NCBI GenBank assembly: GCA_965216755.1
Contig: CBDCGL010000011.1
Span: 2,560,001-2,624,000, forward strand
Length of the DNA: 64,000 nucleotides
Direction: 5' to 3'
Origin: Alphaproteobacteria bacterium
Lineage (GTDB): Bacteria > Pseudomonadota > Alphaproteobacteria > UBA7887
Part shown: positions 59,672 through 64,000 of the stretch, piece by piece
How positions within the stretch are numbered: the first letter of the stretch is position 1
Layout of the letters: each line of letters opens with the position of its first letter
Made by a program: the position numbers and the translations under genes
The notes under the pieces: generated by a model
Database searches by the model: none
Seen by the model: only the letters and a program-made list of their open reading frames with translations
Told to the model about the DNA's origin: nothing

Positions 59672-60567
59672 GACGTCGCGGTCGGCAGTATGATTTGGAG
59701 CGATTGCGTCGCCGCGTGAAATCGCGCCGGCAGATCGCCGACGATATCGCCATCGCATTGGATCGGCCGACCGCCGCAATCGGTCACCGTCGCCGCCTGT
59801 ACGGGCGCAATAACCACACCCGGCAACCAACGCACCAGACCACACGCGATGGCGATCGTGTAGAGCGCCACCGCCAAGCGGCCGCCGCGCGGAAACACGC
59901 CAACATAAAGTGTGCGGTCGGTGATTTGCGCGCGCGGCGCCCAGACCATCCGGCCGGCATAGTAGCGGCCATTGGCGAACAAGACCGAATGAGCTTGTGC
60001 ACGATGGTGGTCATACGCGACATCGAACATTGGCTGGGTGCCGGCAAGCCATCGGCTGACTCCGGCCACCACATAGGCAAGCCGGCCGATGCGTCGCTTC
60101 AGCCCCGGGTTGACCGCGGCCACGGTATCGGCATCAAAGCCGATCCCCGCAGTGGTCATAAACAGGCGCCCGTTGACGTCGGCCGCAAACATCTCACGTG
60201 GGACACCCGTCGCGATCGCCGCAGCCACGCCGTCAGGATCGCGCGGCCAAGTCAGTTCATTGGCGAGCAAATTGACCGTGCCCAGCGGTATGAGCGCGAC
60301 CGGTCGCCGCTGATCCGGCGCCGCCCGCGCAATGCCGTTGACGACCTCGTTGATGGTCCCGTCACCGCCGGCAATGGCGATAATCTCGGCCGGCGACGAC
60401 GGCGCGCACAGGGCCAAAGCATAGCGTTCCGCATCGCCGCGACAGCGGGTCGCTTTCAGCCGTATCTGGCAACCGCGCCGGCGCAGCGCGCGCACGACCG
60501 ACGCCAAACGGCCGCGCCGGCGCCGACCCGCGGTCGGGTTATAAATGATGGTGATTTGTCGCGGCAT
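59668..60567 (-). CDS. Diacylglycerol/lipid kinase family protein (YegS-like)
   Basis: 'NPTAG','AGGDGTINEV','IPLGTVN','GIGFDA','QCDGD'. Confidence 0.92.
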   Translation of the reverse strand: MPRQITIIYNPTAGRRRRGRLASVVRALRRRGCQIRLKATRCRGDAERYALALCAPSSPAEIIAIAGGDGTINEVVNGIARAAPDQRRPVALIPLGTVNLLANELTWPRDPDGVAAAIATGVPREMFAADVNGRLFMTTAGIGFDADTVAAVNPGLKRRIGRLAYVVAGVSRWLAGTQPMFDVAYDHHRAQAHSVLFANGRYYAGRMVWAPRAQITDRTLYVGVFPRGGRLAVALYTIAIACGLVRWLPGVVIAPVQAATVTDCGGRPIQCDGDIVGDLPARFHAATQSLQIILPTATS

Positions 60568-60750
60568 GTGCGCGTTGCCGCCCCCCGATGCCCTTGGCCC
60601 CAAGACGTAAGATCGCCACGCAATATTTCAATTTTGTTTCGATCCGCGTGAAAAGAAATCCACCGCTGGTACTTCGATCAGGCACGTGTCGATGATAATT
60701 TGGCCGCGCCACGACGACGATGGGACACATTTCGACAGGAGACCACGAAC

Positions 60751-61533
60751 GTGGACGATCGCCTTGCCGCCGACCACGCCGTTCTTTGTGACGCCGTTCG
60801 CGCAGCCGGCGCTGTCGCCACGCACTATTTTGGCGGCCCGCTCGATGTGCGGGAAAAGGCGCCGGGTGACCCGGTCAGCAACGCCGATCTCGCGGTCAAT
60901 GACAGCCTCCAGACCGCACTCATGGCGGCACGCCCCGACTATGGCTGGTTGTCGGAGGAATCTCCGGATTCACCCGAAAGGCTCGAACGGGACCGGGTTT
61001 GGATGGTCGACCCCATCGACGGCACCAAGGCGTTCGTGCGCGGTGATCCCGGTTATTCGATATCGGTCGCGCTGGTAGCCAACGGCCGACCGATTGCCGC
61101 CGCTGTCTATATGCCGGTCGATGACGTGATGGTCGACGCCACGGCCGGCGGCGGTGCCCGTCGCAACGGCACCGTCATTGCGGTCACCGGCGCCTCGACA
61201 CTCAAAGACGGCACCTTGGGTACCGGCCGCTCCGAGACCGGACGATCGGCTTGGCGACTGTTGGAACCGGCGACAATCGCCGCATTCGATTCGATTGCCT
61301 GTGGCTTGTGCGATGTGGCGGCGGGGAAATATGACGCGGCGGCCTCGTTGACCGGCAAGAGTGACTGGGACATTGCCGCCAGCGATCTCATCGTCGACGA
61401 AGCGGGCGGCATCGTCACCGACGCTCGCGGACAGCCGTTCGTCTACAATCGGACCAAGACTCGCCACGCCAACGTCGTTGGCGCGCCGCGGCACCTTCTG
61501 GCGTCTATTTTGGCCGCTGTCCAGGCGACTTAG
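60751..61533 (+). CDS. cysQ: Inositol monophosphatase / CysQ family phosphatase
   Basis: 'LSEE','VDPIDGT','WDIAA'; AGGAG RBS before GTG 60751. Confidence 0.85.
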   Translation: MDDRLAADHAVLCDAVRAAGAVATHYFGGPLDVREKAPGDPVSNADLAVNDSLQTALMAARPDYGWLSEESPDSPERLERDRVWMVDPIDGTKAFVRGDPGYSISVALVANGRPIAAAVYMPVDDVMVDATAGGGARRNGTVIAVTGASTLKDGTLGTGRSETGRSAWRLLEPATIAAFDSIACGLCDVAAGKYDAAASLTGKSDWDIAASDLIVDEAGGIVTDARGQPFVYNRTKTRHANVVGAPRHLLASILAAVQAT

Positions 61534-61634
61534 TCCTTTTGCGCCCACCACGACAGGCGTGCTAGTGTGACCATGATGTTTATCGGCCTGGTCTAAGAGC
61601 CTCTGTGAAGACCGCTAAACCCACGCGTGGCCAT

Positions 61635-63458
61635 ATGCCACCCGAAACCGACGCCATCCAACACAGCAGCGGCCGGCTCATTCGGCGGTTGGCGCGCGAC
61701 TATTTGGCGCGCTCGCAACGGCGGATCGCGCTGGCTTTGGGCTGCATGGCCGTCACGGCCGCCACCCAACCGGCTTTGGCCTGGCTGATGGAGCCGGTGG
61801 TGCGCGACATCTTCATCGCCAGAGACGCCGCCATGTTGATGGTGGTGCCGTTGGCGGTGCTGGCGGTCATGGTTATCGGCGGCATCGCGAATTTCGGCCA
61901 AGCCTACACCATGAACTGGGTCGGGCTGCGGGTCGTGGCGGACATGCAGCATGATGTGTTCGCACATTTGATGCGCTTGGACCTCAGCTATCATCAGCGG
62001 GTGCCCACGGGGCAGTTGGTATCCAGGCTGACCAACGATTGCAATCTCGTCCGCCAAGGCGCTGCCGCGACCCTGACCGGGTTGGTCAAAGACCTGCTGA
62101 CCGTGGTCTTGCTGGTTAGCTTGATGTTCTATCAGAACTGGGAATTGGCCCTGGTCGTGCTGTTCGTGTTTCCGCTTGCCGCTCTCCCAATCAACAAGCT
62201 GGGTCGGCGCATGCGCAAGGTGGTGACCAACACCCAAGCGGAAATCGGCCAGTTCACCGCCCTGCTCAACGAGTCGTTCCAGGGGGCGCGTCACGTTAAG
62301 GCGTATGGCATGGAAGACTACGAGGTTGGCCGCGCGGACCGCGTCATCGACAGGTTGTTTGGTCTCTACCTCAAGAACGCCCGCACTCGGGCGCTCACCG
62401 CGCCCTTGATGGAAACTTTGGGCGGCATCGCCATAGCCGCGGTCATCTTCTACGGTGGCGGTCAAGTCATCGCCGGCAAGGCGGAGGCCGGTGCGTTTTT
62501 CGCTTTTGTGACGGCGTTGTTGCTGGCCTATAGGCCATTGAAGAGCGTCGCCAATTTGAACACGGTGCTGCAGGAAGGCTTGGCCGCGACCCAGCGGGTG
62601 TTCACGGTCCTCGACATAGAACCATCGATCGTCGATCGGCCCGATGCAAAGCCGCTGCGCATCGGCGCTGGCAAGGTCGCTTTCGAAGGGGTCCGGTTCG
62701 GTTATGACGGCACAGGAGACGAAGCGCGGGCGCTGAACGGTTTGGATCTCACGGTCGACGCGGGGCGCACGGTCGCCCTGGTCGGCCCATCGGGCGCCGG
62801 CAAATCGACCGTTCTCAACCTGATCCCGCGTTTCTTCGATGTCGACGACGGGCGAGTCTTGATCGACGACCAAGATGTCCGTGATGTGACACTCAGCTCG
62901 TTGCGCGCCGCGATCGGTTTGGTCAGTCAAGAAATCACTCTGTTCGACGACACGGTGTGCGCCAACATCCGCTATGGCCGGCCGGATGCCGATGACGCCG
63001 CGGTCGAAGACGCCGCGCGCGCCGCGGCCGCGCATGATTTCATCCTGGCTCTGGCACACGGATACGACACCCGTGTCGGCGAAAATGGCGTCAACTTATC
63101 CGGCGGCGAGCGGCAACGAATCGCCATCGCGCGCGCCATGCTGAAAGACGCGCCGATCCTGCTGCTCGATGAGGCCACGGCAGCCTTGGACGCGGAATCC
63201 GAGCGATATGTGCAACACGCGCTCAGCCGATTGACACAGGGCCGCACAACCCTGGTCATCGCCCACCGTCTGGCCACCGTACGCAGCGCCGACTGGATCT
63301 ATGTCATCGATCGCGGCCAAGTCGTCGAACAAGGCACCCATGCCACATTGGTCGCGCAGTCTGGCCTTTACGCGCGCCTGCATAGCTTTCAATTCAGTTC
63401 TGATGGCGATTCGGGGCGGCCGAGCGCATCCGACTCAATCGCCGTGGCGCAGGGCTGA
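61635..63458 (+). CDS. msbA: Lipid A export ABC transporter (permease/ATPase)
   Basis: TM domain plus 'GPSGAGKST','LSGGERQR','LLLDEAT','IAHRL'; directly upstream of waaA. Confidence 0.88.
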   Translation: MPPETDAIQHSSGRLIRRLARDYLARSQRRIALALGCMAVTAATQPALAWLMEPVVRDIFIARDAAMLMVVPLAVLAVMVIGGIANFGQAYTMNWVGLRVVADMQHDVFAHLMRLDLSYHQRVPTGQLVSRLTNDCNLVRQGAAATLTGLVKDLLTVVLLVSLMFYQNWELALVVLFVFPLAALPINKLGRRMRKVVTNTQAEIGQFTALLNESFQGARHVKAYGMEDYEVGRADRVIDRLFGLYLKNARTRALTAPLMETLGGIAIAAVIFYGGGQVIAGKAEAGAFFAFVTALLLAYRPLKSVANLNTVLQEGLAATQRVFTVLDIEPSIVDRPDAKPLRIGAGKVAFEGVRFGYDGTGDEARALNGLDLTVDAGRTVALVGPSGAGKSTVLNLIPRFFDVDDGRVLIDDQDVRDVTLSSLRAAIGLVSQEITLFDDTVCANIRYGRPDADDAAVEDAARAAAAHDFILALAHGYDTRVGENGVNLSGGERQRIAIARAMLKDAPILLLDEATAALDAESERYVQHALSRLTQGRTTLVIAHRLATVRSADWIYVIDRGQVVEQGTHATLVAQSGLYARLHSFQFSSDGDSGRPSASDSIAVAQG

Positions 63459-63499
63459 TGGGGGCGTCCGCGTCACAATCCGATGACCCCCAACCAGCC

Positions 63500-64000
63500 A
63501 TGTTGCCGGCGCTCTATCGCGGCCTGACGATCGCGCTGTCGCCCCTGGCCGGGCCATTGCTGCGACGCCGCGTTGCAGCGGGCAAAGAAGATCCCGAACG
63601 GCTCGGCGAACGCTGGGGCATCGCCGGCGCGGCGCGCCCGCCCGGCACGCTGATTTGGATTCACGCGGCGAGCGTCGGCGAAGCGCTCTCGGTGTTGCCG
63701 ATCATCCAACGCATCCTCGCCGATGCCGACGACCGTCACGTCTTGGTCACCAGCGGCACGGTGACCTCGGCGCGACTGCTGCGTGAACGGTTGCCGGGCC
63801 GGGCGCTCCATCAATTCGTGCCCATAGATCAACCGCGCGCGGTGCGTCGCTTCCTGGATCATTGGCAACCCGCACTGGCTTTATGGGTCGAATCCGAGTT
63901 CTGGCCCAATCTGCTGGCGGCGACGCAGGCGCGCGCCATCCCGACAGCACTGATCCAAGCGCGGCTATCGGCAAGGTCCTTTCGCCGTTGGCAGCAGGCG
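63500..64000 (+). CDS. waaA: Kdo transferase (5' part; runs off the window)
   Basis: MLPALYR...GKEDPERLGER...IWIHAASVGE...TSGTVTS...QFVPID...FLDHWQP...VESEFWPN; absent from the ORF track because it is incomplete. Confidence 0.93.
   Translation, partial: MLPALYRGLTIALSPLAGPLLRRRVAAGKEDPERLGERWGIAGAARPPGTLIWIHAASVGEALSVLPIIQRILADADDRHVLVTSGTVTSARLLRERLPGRALHQFVPIDQPRAVRRFLDHWQPALALWVESEFWPNLLAATQARAIPTALIQARLSARSFRRWQQA

Noticed and set aside
61593-63059. Long antisense ORFs (also 33503-34747, 23127-24305, 35842-36876, 44913-45950, 46802-47779, 59695-60651)
   Set aside because: Shadow ORFs opposite well-supported genes, expected from high-GC codon bias; no recognisable motifs.

Overview
GC-rich alphaproteobacterial (Rhodospirillales-like) chromosomal window with two parts. 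About 19.4-64 kb is mostly recognisable core genome: gcvT-H-PA-PB behind a tandem glycine riboswitch, thrB-rnhA, Prx5/DsbD/YqgE, an aa3 cytochrome c oxidase cluster (coxB-coxA-ctaB-ctaG-coxC-DUF983-surf1-ctaA) followed by M32/thrC/M16/tusA/rimJ, then tldD, rpoE-chrR-fasciclin, gshA, rsmE, ubiA, ubiD, pmbA, cysQ, msbA and the 5' end of waaA. About 0.1-19.2 kb is an accessory envelope-signalling region and the best candidate for an undescribed system. It contains (i) a minus-strand unit of secreted protein, CHASE2 adenylate cyclase, heme-oxygenase-like diiron enzyme and a FeeM/LuxI-like acyltransferase fused to a cNMP-binding domain; (ii) a tightly packed Sel1-DUF4384 / membrane-anchored stand-alone ClpB-D2 AAA+ ATPase / giant coiled-coil MotB-like unit with no MotA in the window; (iii) an OmpA protein, a Sel1 protein and an exported Sel1-coiled-coil-caspase. 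Other notable items are a structured RBS-occluding RNA ahead of a BVMO pseudogene, a REPIN/MITE-like hairpin inside a 212-bp tandem duplication, a Tpx-like protein lacking its catalytic Cys, a type-1 heme A synthase in the cox cluster, and a sigmaE-type promoter before the fasciclin gene. All family assignments are from motif recognition by eye; no searches were run.
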